From: a virus
Direction: 5' to 3' (one strand)
DNA length: 64,000 bases
Virus record (IMG/VR): IMGVR_UViG_3300009788_000005
Location: 1-64,000 of that record
Part shown: positions 1 through 8,966 of the stretch, piece by piece
How positions within the stretch are numbered: the stretch's first letter is position 1
Layout: every line of letters starts with the position of its first letter
Translations under genes and position numbers: made by a program
The notes under the pieces: generated by a model
What the model was told of the DNA's origin: nothing
Seen by the model: the letters and a program-made list of their open reading frames with translations, nothing else
Databases searched by the model: none

Positions 1-87
1 ATAGTATATACTATCATCCATGCCTACCAAAGATAACCCCGTATCTTATTCTCAATCTCTTGTTGTGTTCTTTCGTATTTCATAACC

Positions 88-420
88 TTAATTATTTACA
101 ATCTCCTTCAAATTTACATGCAAAGCATAAGTACCCGTAGCAGGATGATACTTGATACGCTCAGGCATTACTACCTCATTCCAATGCTTATAAGAACCGG
201 ATACATTATAGTAACCTTTATCAGCAAACAATTGATATAAGGCTAAAACCTCTACCTCAGTAAAATACATCTGCCCTCTCTTAGGAGATACGGTTAGATA
301 TTGACTCATCGTACCTACGCTCTTACGTACATTCACTTTAAATCCTACTTCACCCATAACTAACGCTTTGAATTCTTTAGCTATTTCTGAGAGAGTTTTG
401 GTGCCTATATAAGTTTTCAT
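88..420 (-). CDS. hypothetical protein, probably early
   Basis: 110-aa ORF directly downstream of a repeated TAnnTTTG promoter cassette. Confidence 0.75.
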   Translation of the reverse strand: MKTYIGTKTLSEIAKEFKALVMGEVGFKVNVRKSVGTMSQYLTVSPKRGQMYFTEVEVLALYQLFADKGYYNVSGSYKHWNEVVMPERIKYHPATGTYALHVNLKEIVNN

Positions 421-472
421 AATCTTTTTCGTTTGGTATACCCAAAGATAAGGTAAGGTTTTGATATATCCT
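418..472 (-). promoter_or_regulatory. repeated promoter/leader cassette, copy 1 (Bacteroidota -7 element TATCTTTG)
   Basis: Minus strand GGATATATCAAAACCTTACCTTATCTTTGGGTATACCAAACGAAAAAGATTATG; close copies at ~1103, ~8204 and inverted at ~18442. Confidence 0.75.
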
Positions 473-513
473 AATACAGGTGTAAAAATTTTACAGATTT
501 AGCAGTAATACCT

Positions 514-849
514 CTAATCAATTAAAGCATAATACATACTCTGTATGTGGGATAACCCGAAAGATATGCCTTTATAATACTTCACTACCTGATAGAAATG
601 TTCAAGTAATGATAGATCCTCCTGCTGCTCATCTGTAAACTCTGATAGATCAGGTACAGTATATTCCTTCTTACCTACAATACCTCCTCCCATAGCCCCT
701 ACTATCATACCTCCCGATCGTTTGCCCTGTCCCCTCTTCCTAGGTCCCCAATCGATTGTGTAGGTTCTCATAGGGATAACCGGATTAGGAATCTTATCTA
801 TCCTCTCCCGGTTATCATTTATATGATGTTTATCTTCCTGGGTAATCAT
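514..849 (-). CDS. hypothetical protein
   Basis: 111-aa ORF, co-oriented and tightly packed. Confidence 0.65.
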   Translation of the reverse strand: MITQEDKHHINDNRERIDKIPNPVIPMRTYTIDWGPRKRGQGKRSGGMIVGAMGGGIVGKKEYTVPDLSEFTDEQQEDLSLLEHFYQVVKYYKGISFGLSHIQSMYYALID

Positions 850-859
850 TACCGTAGTA

Positions 860-1105
860 TCAATTACTTAATACTTCACTATAGGAGTAGGGAAATCTTT
901 CTGATTTTATTATGTTAAACTTACTTTCCCCTAACCAACTATACAAAGATCTACGTATGCGCACTAAAGAATTATGCTCCTTATTATATAGATCTTGTAG
1001 AGTATTTTCTTTATAATTATCTACGTTTAAAAACTGACTAGTACGAGTTTCAACTACAATAGCCATATCTTTAATTACCTGCTGAGTAGAGTATTTATAC
1101 TTCAT
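860..1105 (-). CDS. hypothetical protein, probably early
   Basis: 81-aa ORF preceded by promoter cassette copy 2. Confidence 0.7.
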   Translation of the reverse strand: MKYKYSTQQVIKDMAIVVETRTSQFLNVDNYKENTLQDLYNKEHNSLVRIRRSLYSWLGESKFNIIKSERFPYSYSEVLSN

Positions 1106-1160
1106 AATCTTTTCGTTTAAGTATATCCAGAGATAAGGTAAGGTTATGAGAATTCCTAAT
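1103..1160 (-). promoter_or_regulatory. repeated promoter/leader cassette, copy 2 (variant -7 element TATCTCTG)
   Basis: Shares AACCTTACCTTATCT..G and AAACGAAAAGATTATG with copy 1. Confidence 0.65.
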
Positions 1161-1178
1161 AGGTGTAAAATTTTTACA

Positions 1179-1595
1179 CTATCTAGCCATATCCTCTACT
1201 GTCTTTTCCTTGTGACACTCTATACATAACGTCTGATATCCCTTCAAGGTACATCCTCCCCCTCCCTTATAAACGGGTATTATATGATCTGCCTGCCACC
1301 CCTTAGGATCTTCTACAGTTATATGACACTTAGCACATACTCCTTTATCCCTATACAATAACTGATCCCTAATAACCCGGATATCCCCCCATATAATACA
1401 TCTGTAGATATAAGCATTTCGCCTGCATACGTTATCTGTCCACCTAGTACGTCTACCTATAAGTATGGTACCACACCCACAAGCACACCTACCATCAGTC
1501 CTATAAGGAAAAATATCAGAAACACTCAACTGCTTCTGATATCTACTGTAAGGATCTATTGCACCCTTACGTATTAACTCTTCTCTGCTAACCAT
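1179..1595 (-). CDS. HNH endonuclease
   Basis: CAKC...WQADHIIPVYKGGG...YQTLCIECHKEKT HNH/zinc motif. Confidence 0.85.
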   Translation of the reverse strand: MVSREELIRKGAIDPYSRYQKQLSVSDIFPYRTDGRCACGCGTILIGRRTRWTDNVCRRNAYIYRCIIWGDIRVIRDQLLYRDKGVCAKCHITVEDPKGWQADHIIPVYKGGGGCTLKGYQTLCIECHKEKTVEDMAR

Positions 1596-1596
1596 A

Positions 1597-1827
1597 CTAA
1601 AATATAAGCCCTACATCCTCATTACTAACTGCCCTATCAAATTCCTTAAAGGTATAATATAACATAGAAGGTTTACCTATAACCGACTCATCTACTCCCT
1701 CCATTACTACAACACTACCATATTTTCCACCCATTTCTTTATTAGGCATAGAAGTTATTTTCTTCATAAAAAATACCTTACTCCCGATATTAAACCTTCT
1801 ACCTAAGTACTTATCTATATCATTCAT
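1597..1827 (-). CDS. hypothetical protein
   Basis: 76-aa ORF; ATG 3 nt after a palindrome. Confidence 0.6.
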   Translation of the reverse strand: MNDIDKYLGRRFNIGSKVFFMKKITSMPNKEMGGKYGSVVVMEGVDESVIGKPSMLYYTFKEFDRAVSNEDVGLIF

Positions 1828-1840
1828 ATCTGTAAAATTT

Positions 1841-2296
1841 TTACACCTTTAAGGCATCCATCAGAAACTTAAACGTACGTTCGTATATACCAGGATTCTT
1901 AGACTCCCTATTACCTGCTACATTCAATACTACTATTTCCTTATCCCTCAGGAACTTTAGAAACTGCTCCTTAGTAGGATTGCATATAACCGGCTTACTG
2001 TAGGAGGTACAATATCCAAAAGTGAATTTACTACCCGCACTATCTATATCTCCAAAAATTACCGTACCATCAGAGGCTATAATATTACTACCCGTACGAT
2101 CTCTATAGTCTCTGCTTTCTGTCTCTATAAGCCCATATCTTTCTCCTAGTACAGGCATAGGTCCCTTCTCCGTTCTAAAGTCCTTAGGTACTCTCCCTCC
2201 TGTCTGTAGACCTAATTGTATAGCAGCCTCTAACCCGGCTACATCGGCTCCCGTTTGCCCCCCTGATACTATCCTACTTAGTTTTAATTCCTTCAT
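1841..2296 (-). CDS. SLOG-superfamily protein (putative molybdenum carrier/YpsA-like)
   Basis: IVSGGQTGADVAGL, RTGSNIIASDGT, LNVAGNRES motifs; start placed at MKELK (2296); stop codon supplied by the palindrome. Confidence 0.8.
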   Translation of the reverse strand: MKELKLSRIVSGGQTGADVAGLEAAIQLGLQTGGRVPKDFRTEKGPMPVLGERYGLIETESRDYRDRTGSNIIASDGTVIFGDIDSAGSKFTFGYCTSYSKPVICNPTKEQFLKFLRDKEIVVLNVAGNRESKNPGIYERTFKFLMDALKV

Positions 2297-2358
2297 TAGT
2301 TGTTTCTTATACCACGCATTATAAAAGTTTTGTAAATTATAGCACATAGCTTTACTAA

Positions 2359-2832
2359 TCAAATACAAAACCGATCAGAATAAATTATCTTAGGTTCACA
2401 TGCTCTTTCCTTTACCCGTACTATACGGAAAGGTCCGGGATACTTGTAGGTATTGAGATCATTACTAAACTTCTCCCAAGCCCTTGCTACAGGTAGGGGC
2501 ATAAGTACTATATCTACCCGTCCCTTCTCCCATAAAACATACCATCTCCTTATAGCCTCTGATACATCTCTACCTAAATTAAAGCATAGTTCTATATCAG
2601 TAACGTATATAGGATCTCCATTCCCATGATCCCTTAGCCAATACTTATTCTCCTTCTCTTCAACCTCTAAACTCATAGCATCACACCACTCCTTAGAATG
2701 TCCGGGTAGTATCTCTCCAGTATCAAAATGAAAAGGATGAAAGCTACTAAAGTTAGCTATGCGTAACCCACTCTTTAACGTTAGCTGTTGTATTTGTAAT
2801 TCCATTATTAAAGGTAATGTTTTATATATCAA
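2359..2832 (-). CDS. hypothetical protein
   Basis: 157-aa ORF; start uncertain. Confidence 0.65.
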   Translation of the reverse strand: MIYKTLPLIMELQIQQLTLKSGLRIANFSSFHPFHFDTGEILPGHSKEWCDAMSLEVEEKENKYWLRDHGNGDPIYVTDIELCFNLGRDVSEAIRRWYVLWEKGRVDIVLMPLPVARAWEKFSNDLNTYKYPGPFRIVRVKERACEPKIIYSDRFCI

Positions 2833-2859
2833 TATACAACCTGTAAAAATTTTACATAC

Positions 2860-3255
2860 CTAACCAAAAATAAACAACGCCAACAAAAATATCAATACCC
2901 ATATAAGACATCCTCTATTGCCTGTACCCCATCTAGGTAATGTCTGATCACTACCCCTATATATACTATTATGATTCTGCCTACCTACCTGATCCGTATC
3001 ATCTCCTTTTCCTGAAAAATGTCTGTGATCCTCATTAGTAACTCCTACATACTGATGAGCATGCTCATCCACTGACTTAACCATTTGTAAAGTAAATACA
3101 TGTGAGTATAACTTATACGAGTTGGCTAACCTATCCTCCTGCTCATCTACATCCTTACACCCCTCATCCTTATAAGCCTGCTCTATCTTCTCCCTCTGCT
3201 TAATCCATCTCTCCAGGCTATTCTTAATAATCATTACCTTTTTATCCTCAGCCAT
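2860..3255 (-). CDS. hypothetical protein with C-terminal membrane anchor
   Basis: Ends GCLIWVLIFLLALFIFG; bracketed by palindromes at 2842 and 3260. Confidence 0.7.
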   Translation of the reverse strand: MAEDKKVMIIKNSLERWIKQREKIEQAYKDEGCKDVDEQEDRLANSYKLYSHVFTLQMVKSVDEHAHQYVGVTNEDHRHFSGKGDDTDQVGRQNHNSIYRGSDQTLPRWGTGNRGCLIWVLIFLLALFIFG

Positions 3256-3290
3256 AATATGTAAAATTTTTACACCCTAAATATAAACAA

Positions 3291-3324
3291 GAAAGGGGAG
3301 GAAAGCTTGCCGCCAACCTCCCCC
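3291..3324 (-). terminator. putative intrinsic terminator
   Basis: GGGGAGG...CCTCCCC stem followed by TTTCTTGTTT on the minus strand. Confidence 0.45.
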
Positions 3325-3342
3325 AATCAGAGCTATAAGTAG

Positions 3343-3888
3343 TTAGTGTTTTACGTTTATAATCTCCCCCTCAATTCCTAAACATTTCATAGCGTATTCA
3401 TTCCAAACTAATCCTACGTTATCATTCATACAATCAATTATGAAATAATTAACAGTACTAGAAGATAAAGTAAAATCTCCGTCAATATCAATTTCAATGT
3501 TAATACTCCCATATCCTATTCGTATAAAAATATTACTCTCCCCATTATAAAACGATACAAGGTCATTATTTCTACTATAACAAGACCACCCCTTAAATAA
3601 ACAATCCTTATGATCAGGATCAAACATATTAGGAGACATAGATAAAATATATAGATCGCTAATATTCTGATACAGCGTATCATACCTACTTCCTATCTCA
3701 GAGAAAGTCTTAAAATGCTCTCCCGTTTCATCCTGGTAAACATTAGATATCTCCTCTGCATACCTGGTACGGGTATCTCTCCAAATATCTATAAAGGGGA
3801 CTACCTTACTCATAACCAATACCTTTAATTTTCTTAAGCCACAACAATAATAAAGGATCTTTAATAATACTATCCGCATCAAAATCAA
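3343..3888 (-). CDS. hypothetical protein
   Basis: ORF; true start probably internal (MSKVVP). Confidence 0.6.
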   Translation of the reverse strand: MILMRIVLLKILYYCCGLRKLKVLVMSKVVPFIDIWRDTRTRYAEEISNVYQDETGEHFKTFSEIGSRYDTLYQNISDLYILSMSPNMFDPDHKDCLFKGWSCYSRNNDLVSFYNGESNIFIRIGYGSINIEIDIDGDFTLSSSTVNYFIIDCMNDNVGLVWNEYAMKCLGIEGEIINVKH

Positions 3889-4189
3889 CCAGCGATAACC
3901 TAATTATCTCCTCAATCAATTCCTTTTCCTTATCCGACTTAGATAATAAATATTGTACATGATATTTAATGGCTATACCCCTATGTACCTGGGTAAGACT
4001 ATCCGACTGCTCAACAATTTCTATATCTGTAGGGATATCGGTTACTCTTGTAGGACTATCACCGTATATCATTCCACATATAAACATAATACACATTAAC
4101 TCCAGCACTATAACCGTATTCATAAACCCTAATAATATCCTCATACTATTTATCCTCAGTAACTTTTTCGCACTTATAGGTATGTACAT
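3806..4189 (-). CDS. hypothetical membrane protein
   Basis: Hydrophobic segment ILLGFMNTVIVLELMCIMFICGMIY. Confidence 0.55.
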   Translation of the reverse strand: MYIPISAKKLLRINSMRILLGFMNTVIVLELMCIMFICGMIYGDSPTRVTDIPTDIEIVEQSDSLTQVHRGIAIKYHVQYLLSKSDKEKELIEEIIRLSLVDFDADSIIKDPLLLLWLKKIKGIGYE

Positions 4190-4409
4190 TTATTAGGGCT
4201 TTATTCCACTTATTGCAATGCATTACCGACCAACACCACTCTATAAAAGTAGGATCATTATCTCTTAGCCGGCAAAACTCTTCCTCCTCACTCATGTTAT
4301 CCCTTTCTTCCCGAACTTCTTTTAATACATCCTCAAAAGTTAAGACCCTATCATACATAGATAAATCCTCTTCTATATACATTATACTACCTGTAAAAAT
4401 TTTACACAC
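4146..4409 (-). CDS. hypothetical protein
   Basis: Acidic small ORF; the annotated start runs through the palindrome, so the real start is probably MYIEED. Confidence 0.5.
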   Translation of the reverse strand: MCKIFTGSIMYIEEDLSMYDRVLTFEDVLKEVREERDNMSEEEEFCRLRDNDPTFIEWCWSVMHCNKWNKALINVHTYKCEKVTEDK

Positions 4410-4420
4410 CTAAATATAAA

Positions 4421-4450
4421 TAAAATAGGGCATATTAAAGTATGCCCTAT
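4421..4450 (-). terminator. intrinsic terminator
   Basis: Perfect 10-bp stem ATAGGGCATA/TATGCCCTAT followed by TTTATTT. Confidence 0.65.
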
Positions 4451-4621
4451 CACTACCCCAAAGTAAATTATCTCTTTAGCTATTCCTGATCTGCTCTGGC
4501 TTGACACTCATCATATGTACCCGTGTATTTAAGAATATCATACACAAATAAACCCCAGTCTGTTGCACTTATCATTCTTATTTCTATTGGATTTTTCATT
4601 GTTTTGTAAATTAAATTATAA

Positions 4622-4846
4622 TTATCCGTATGTATGTTCCTCCTTGGGAGCATTCACTATCTCAGGATACTCTATCCCCTTTGCAATCATTCCATGATAT
4701 ACAGCTAAGTGTCGGTACAATACTTGAGCCGACTTCTTATTATCAGTTAATATTGCGTTCTCACCCTCTGATGAAACAAATGCCTTTACTTTAGTTAGTA
4801 AAGGATGCATTGACTCTTGATAACCTGTATATTTTATATCTTCCAT
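4622..4846 (-). CDS. hypothetical protein
   Basis: 74-aa ORF with AT-rich upstream region. Confidence 0.6.
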   Translation of the reverse strand: MEDIKYTGYQESMHPLLTKVKAFVSSEGENAILTDNKKSAQVLYRHLAVYHGMIAKGIEYPEIVNAPKEEHTYG

Positions 4847-4881
4847 AATTATATAAATTAATTAATAATACCTATACAATT

Positions 4882-4952
4882 AAAAAAGTAAGGGGGCTTA
4901 GTCGGAATCTAAGTTATCCCCCTCAAAGAACGAATAGCCAAATGCAGCTACC
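4882..4952 (-). terminator. two-hairpin structured element ending in a terminator
   Basis: Minus strand GGTAGC..GCTATT hairpin, then AGGGGG/CTTAG..CTAAG/CCCCCT stem and a T6 run. Confidence 0.5.
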
Positions 4953-4997
4953 TTATACTTATTATACGTAACCAGATTAAAAAGGTTACCTTATACC

Positions 4998-5462
4998 TCA
5001 ATATATAACTTTTATAAAATACCAGCAACCCTCCCACGTCTTAGTAATACTATTATAGGTACTTCTCTCCTCTATACCCCAAGGTCTACCTAACATTTTA
5101 TTAAGCATATTATAAGAATCCTCATTAGACTCTGCACATTTACCATTTATAGATCTAGGATTTATCTGTTTCAAATACCTCTCTATCTCCTTAATCATTC
5201 TTCCCGCATTAAATCTATTACTATCTAAAGCAAATATAGATATAGTAACATCGTTCATAGCCGCCCTATCTATACTTACATGCCCTAAGCAAGATATTTG
5301 ATCATTCACTAAATATATCTCATACCACCCATTAGAATAAGTAGTTAGTGTAGGTACTGCTATGTGTGTATCTATAAACAGATAAGGAGCTACCTTATCA
5401 TCCATCATAGCTTTAGCATAGAAGGCTGTTACGTCCTCCTGGGTAGCCGTTCTTATGCTCAT
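4998..5462 (-). CDS. GNAT-like acetyltransferase (putative)
   Basis: N-terminal IRTATQEDV and C-terminal CAESNEDSYNMLNK pattern typical of the GNAT/RimL fold. Confidence 0.5.
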   Translation of the reverse strand: MSIRTATQEDVTAFYAKAMMDDKVAPYLFIDTHIAVPTLTTYSNGWYEIYLVNDQISCLGHVSIDRAAMNDVTISIFALDSNRFNAGRMIKEIERYLKQINPRSINGKCAESNEDSYNMLNKMLGRPWGIEERSTYNSITKTWEGCWYFIKVIY

Positions 5463-5644
5463 GAGGACTTATCCGCTAAGTACTTTCTAGCAGCCTTAGC
5501 GGCAACCCTCCAGGCATTCACTTGCTTTTGTTTCTTGGGATCATTTGCAAACACATCCCAGGTAGGCAAGTCATCCCCATTAAAGGCTTTACCTCCTACA
5601 GCTTGACAATAAGCCGTGTACATTACATCAGTTAAATTATCCAT
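5459..5644 (-). CDS. hypothetical protein
   Basis: 61-aa ORF with ATGA overlap to the next gene. Confidence 0.65.
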   Translation of the reverse strand: MDNLTDVMYTAYCQAVGGKAFNGDDLPTWDVFANDPKKQKQVNAWRVAAKAARKYLADKSS

Positions 5645-5665
5645 GATATTATCTATTAATTGTGA

Positions 5666-6022
5666 TTAAATTATAAACTCATCTACTTTATTACCATCTA
5701 TATAGATAAGTACTTTCTTTACTGATCGATCAGACATAAATTCTAACATCCTAGTATCTGTTAATCTACTCGGCAATGTATAACTATCTTCGTTATCAAC
5801 ATACACCACAGAAAACAGGGGATATATCGTAATACCTTCTATACCCCTCACCCGATACTTATCTATAGCATTGAATATATACTCCAACTGTTTTGCCTTA
5901 GTATGATCATTACCCTCCCATACAGGAAAATCTTTACCTCTAGCTAATATCTTATAGTCTGAAGTCCATCCACACTCATTCATCTCTACATAAAATCTCA
6001 GCCTAGTAATAGTTCTTTTCAT
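5666..6022 (-). CDS. hypothetical protein
   Basis: 118-aa ORF. Confidence 0.6.
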   Translation of the reverse strand: MKRTITRLRFYVEMNECGWTSDYKILARGKDFPVWEGNDHTKAKQLEYIFNAIDKYRVRGIEGITIYPLFSVVYVDNEDSYTLPSRLTDTRMLEFMSDRSVKKVLIYIDGNKVDEFII

Positions 6023-6190
6023 ATCAGTATCCTTTACTTTTCAAATACTCTACAACACATGTAGTAATAGGTTTAATCCACAACCCTCCTATATCATCTC
6101 TCCTGTGAAACATCTACCCACCAAATCTATTAACGCAATCTAGATAATGATTCCTAGATATCTTTATTCCTACTCCAGGTTTAACGTTAC

Positions 6191-6454
6191 TCATCCCTCT
6201 ACTCCCTTCCTCCATAGATACATGTAATCCAATATATAACCTCTAATCACTTTAAGATTATCACCAAATAAATCAATCATAATAGGCAACTTATTTTCTA
6301 ACTTTAGTTCTTGCAGCTTACTCCAGGTTTCAAACCATAAAGTACAGGCATAATCAAACCCCCTATATAAACATCTACTATATAAAGGATTTCTATTATG
6401 CAGAGATAAGTTCATAGTTGATAGATCCAAATAGGTAACCCTTCCTGTACTCAT
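6191..6454 (-). CDS. hypothetical protein
   Basis: 87-aa ORF, 4-nt overlap with upstream gene. Confidence 0.55.
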   Translation of the reverse strand: MSTGRVTYLDLSTMNLSLHNRNPLYSRCLYRGFDYACTLWFETWSKLQELKLENKLPIMIDLFGDNLKVIRGYILDYMYLWRKGVEG

Positions 6455-7089
6455 AACTGATATCTAATTACTTCATCATCCTTACCCTTAATATCTATTC
6501 TCATAACTAATCCATCACACATCTCTTTTACAATAAAGGACATAATATTATAATCCAACGTATGATAACTACCCGTATACGATACATATACCAATCTAAA
6601 ATATTCATTAGGTATACTAATATCATTAAATCTATCCTCCATCAAATTAAGAACCCGGATTAGATTACTTACCCTATCCCTTAAAGATATAGAAAAATCA
6701 TTCTCTACAATACTGTAGTAACTCTTGTCATGACTATCATTAACCTGATAATACCTCTTATGATCTATGTAAATCGTGTACCTATCACTTATAGGCTTAT
6801 CGGATACCGTTGCTACCCCTATACCCTCATTACCCGATTTAGGATCTTCGCCCACCCTAGTATCAAACCCCTGTACCTCCATAGCGTAATTGAATCCCTT
6901 TATAAAACACTCTCTCATTAAATCATCATCAGCATCCTCAAACCCTAACCCCATCTGCTCTTGTACAAATTTATTAACTACCTCCTCAGCCTTATCCTTA
7001 ACCATCCGACTTAAAGCAATGTGGGCTAATTCTTCTCCGGTAAATGCTTCTTTATCACTCATAGCTACCAAAGATCCGATAATAACCAA
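6451..7089 (-). CDS. hypothetical protein
   Basis: 212-aa ORF; start probably MSDKEA. Confidence 0.65.
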   Translation of the reverse strand: MVIIGSLVAMSDKEAFTGEELAHIALSRMVKDKAEEVVNKFVQEQMGLGFEDADDDLMRECFIKGFNYAMEVQGFDTRVGEDPKSGNEGIGVATVSDKPISDRYTIYIDHKRYYQVNDSHDKSYYSIVENDFSISLRDRVSNLIRVLNLMEDRFNDISIPNEYFRLVYVSYTGSYHTLDYNIMSFIVKEMCDGLVMRIDIKGKDDEVIRYQL

Positions 7090-7511
7090 TACCCTACCTC
7101 ACACTCGTCCTCAGGTATATTAAACTCTTTAATAAATTCCTCTAACTCTTCCCTACAATCCTTAGCTTTAATTATCTCATCCAGGTCTAATAGCATAGGA
7201 TCATTCCAATCACCATCAGCTAATACTCTTCCCCGCATAGTAACAACTATATCAGGCTCCTCATCACCTCCACCACTAGCCTGCTCATAGGGACAAGGGT
7301 TATCTTCATTCCACTTACCTACCTTATCAAAGTACTCTGATTCATCATCATCTCCCTTACCCTCTATAAGCTCCCCCTCTACATAAGGACTCTCAATATC
7401 CATACCGTGTTTCTCCTGCCACCACTCCTCAAGATTATCCCCTTCCCAAGGAAGATACTCAGCATCAACTTTTATTCCATATACAAAAACACTTCTCGGA
7501 TCATGTCCCAT
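7065..7511 (-). CDS. highly acidic hypothetical protein
   Basis: 148-aa ORF strongly enriched in D/E. Confidence 0.7.
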   Translation of the reverse strand: MGHDPRSVFVYGIKVDAEYLPWEGDNLEEWWQEKHGMDIESPYVEGELIEGKGDDDESEYFDKVGKWNEDNPCPYEQASGGGDEEPDIVVTMRGRVLADGDWNDPMLLDLDEIIKAKDCREELEEFIKEFNIPEDECEVGYWLLSDLW

Positions 7512-7888
7512 AATCTTATATTTTTATTTATTCCTAGACTGTAAAATTTTTACATGCCCTCTAAATGATCCTTAGCCTTACTATCCGGAGGTAATACTCC
7601 AGTAGCCTTATGTAATCTCTCTACATTTCTTATCAACCTATCATTACAAGATTTGCAGTAATCTACACGGCTAATATACCTCTTATCCTTAACTTATGTG
7701 GGTACGCTGCACAACACTTATACTCAACTTCCTTACTACCATGAGTATTACTAAGAGACCAAGTAGGAAGACGTACACTCCCTATAAAGATTACATACTT
7801 TCCATCTGTTATATAACTGTACTTCTTAAAGTAATCTTTCTTCTTAATACGCATATACAAATATACTCAGTATAGATAACAAAAGATA

Positions 7889-7916
7889 AGCCCCTACTTA
7901 TTGCTAGGTAGGGGCT
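7889..7916 (-). terminator. putative intrinsic terminator
   Basis: AGCCCCTAC...GTAGGGGCT stem, downstream of 7949..8206. Confidence 0.55.
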
Positions 7917-7948
7917 ACATTCAAAGATAAGGTAAAGTTATTTTTATG

Positions 7949-8206
7949 CTAACTCTTATATCTTATGGTGTACTGATTAGCCTGTCTGATAAGATCCTGT
8001 CTTTCGTCCTCTTCTCTCATAGATAAGTATCCTGCATTAGCAGTCAATACTATAAGTCTATCCACTATAGTCTTATAGTCCTGGTCAGTAGTATAGTGAG
8101 TGGCTATCTCTCTGACAGTCTGATGATCGTTACACTCCTCGTGCTGCTCACATATCTTAATATCTACCGGGCTAGTAATTGTAATTATTTGTTCTTCAGT
8201 TTTCAT
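7949..8206 (-). CDS. hypothetical protein, probably early
   Basis: Start re-placed at MKTEEQ (8206), right after promoter cassette copy 3. Confidence 0.7.
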   Translation of the reverse strand: MKTEEQIITITSPVDIKICEQHEECNDHQTVREIATHYTTDQDYKTIVDRLIVLTANAGYLSMREEDERQDLIRQANQYTIRYKS

Positions 8207-8258
8207 AATCTTTCTTCGTTTGGTATACCCAAAGATAAGGTAATGTTTTGATATAACC
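8204..8258 (-). promoter_or_regulatory. repeated promoter/leader cassette, copy 3
   Basis: TATATCAAAACATTACCTTATCTTTGGGTATACCAAACGAAGAAAGATTATG on the minus strand. Confidence 0.75.
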
Positions 8259-8304
8259 AAACTGAAAAGAAAATACTTTAATAAAAGTGTAAAATTTTTA
8301 CAGT

Positions 8305-8472
8305 CTATCCCTTATCCTCATATCCTGTAGATTTAATCTCTGCCGGAGTAGTCCACATGTTACCACAATTATTACAGGACCAGGTACCTAAACCCATGTA
8401 GACAAATGTACCTCCCTGAACTCCCTTAATGCCACAATCATTACACTGCCTAATAACTATTCTAAGGATCAT
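8305..8472 (-). CDS. small zinc-ribbon protein (55 aa, absent from the ORF track)
   Basis: My translation MILRIVIRQCNDCGIKG...WSCNNCGNMW...; two CxxC; bracketed by palindromes at 8288 and 8481. Confidence 0.6.
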   Translation of the reverse strand: MILRIVIRQCNDCGIKGVQGGTFVYMGLGTWSCNNCGNMWTTPAEIKSTGYEDKG

Positions 8473-8490
8473 ATCTAACCTGTAAAATTT

Positions 8491-8709
8491 TTACACCCTC
8501 CCCTTAGAACCTCCCTTAACACCCTTCATTAATTCAGCCTGCCTAATAACCTCTTCCCTCCTATCTAGCTCATCCTCAATTAATTTCTGATTCCATAAAG
8601 CCCTATGCCAATCAACCATACTAGTAGTTAATTTAAGAATTCTCTCATACCTATGATATAGGGTATGTAACATTATCTCACTATACTCCTCTATAGGTAT
8701 ATTACTCAT
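8491..8709 (-). CDS. hypothetical protein
   Basis: 72-aa ORF whose TAA lies in the palindrome. Confidence 0.6.
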   Translation of the reverse strand: MSNIPIEEYSEIMLHTLYHRYERILKLTTSMVDWHRALWNQKLIEDELDRREEVIRQAELMKGVKGGSKGRV

Positions 8710-8966
8710 ACTATGGGCTCCTCATAATAGTATACTACAGAACTATACCCTTCTGCTACTATCTCTCCGTTATCTACAAATTTCATAAATCCGGGTAATA
8801 GATACATTATAACCTCTACGTTATCCCTATCTATACATATCTCCTCCAAAACTACTATAGGCTCCTGCTCAACCCCTATAAGCCACTGTCTTTGAGGTAA
8901 GCCTACTAATCTAAATTTCTTATCTCCTATACTAAGTACTTTACCTAACAAATCTTCAATAATCAT
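8706..8966 (-). CDS. hypothetical protein
   Basis: 86-aa ORF with ATGA overlaps. Confidence 0.6.
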   Translation of the reverse strand: MIIEDLLGKVLSIGDKKFRLVGLPQRQWLIGVEQEPIVVLEEICIDRDNVEVIMYLLPGFMKFVDNGEIVAEGYSSVVYYYEEPIV

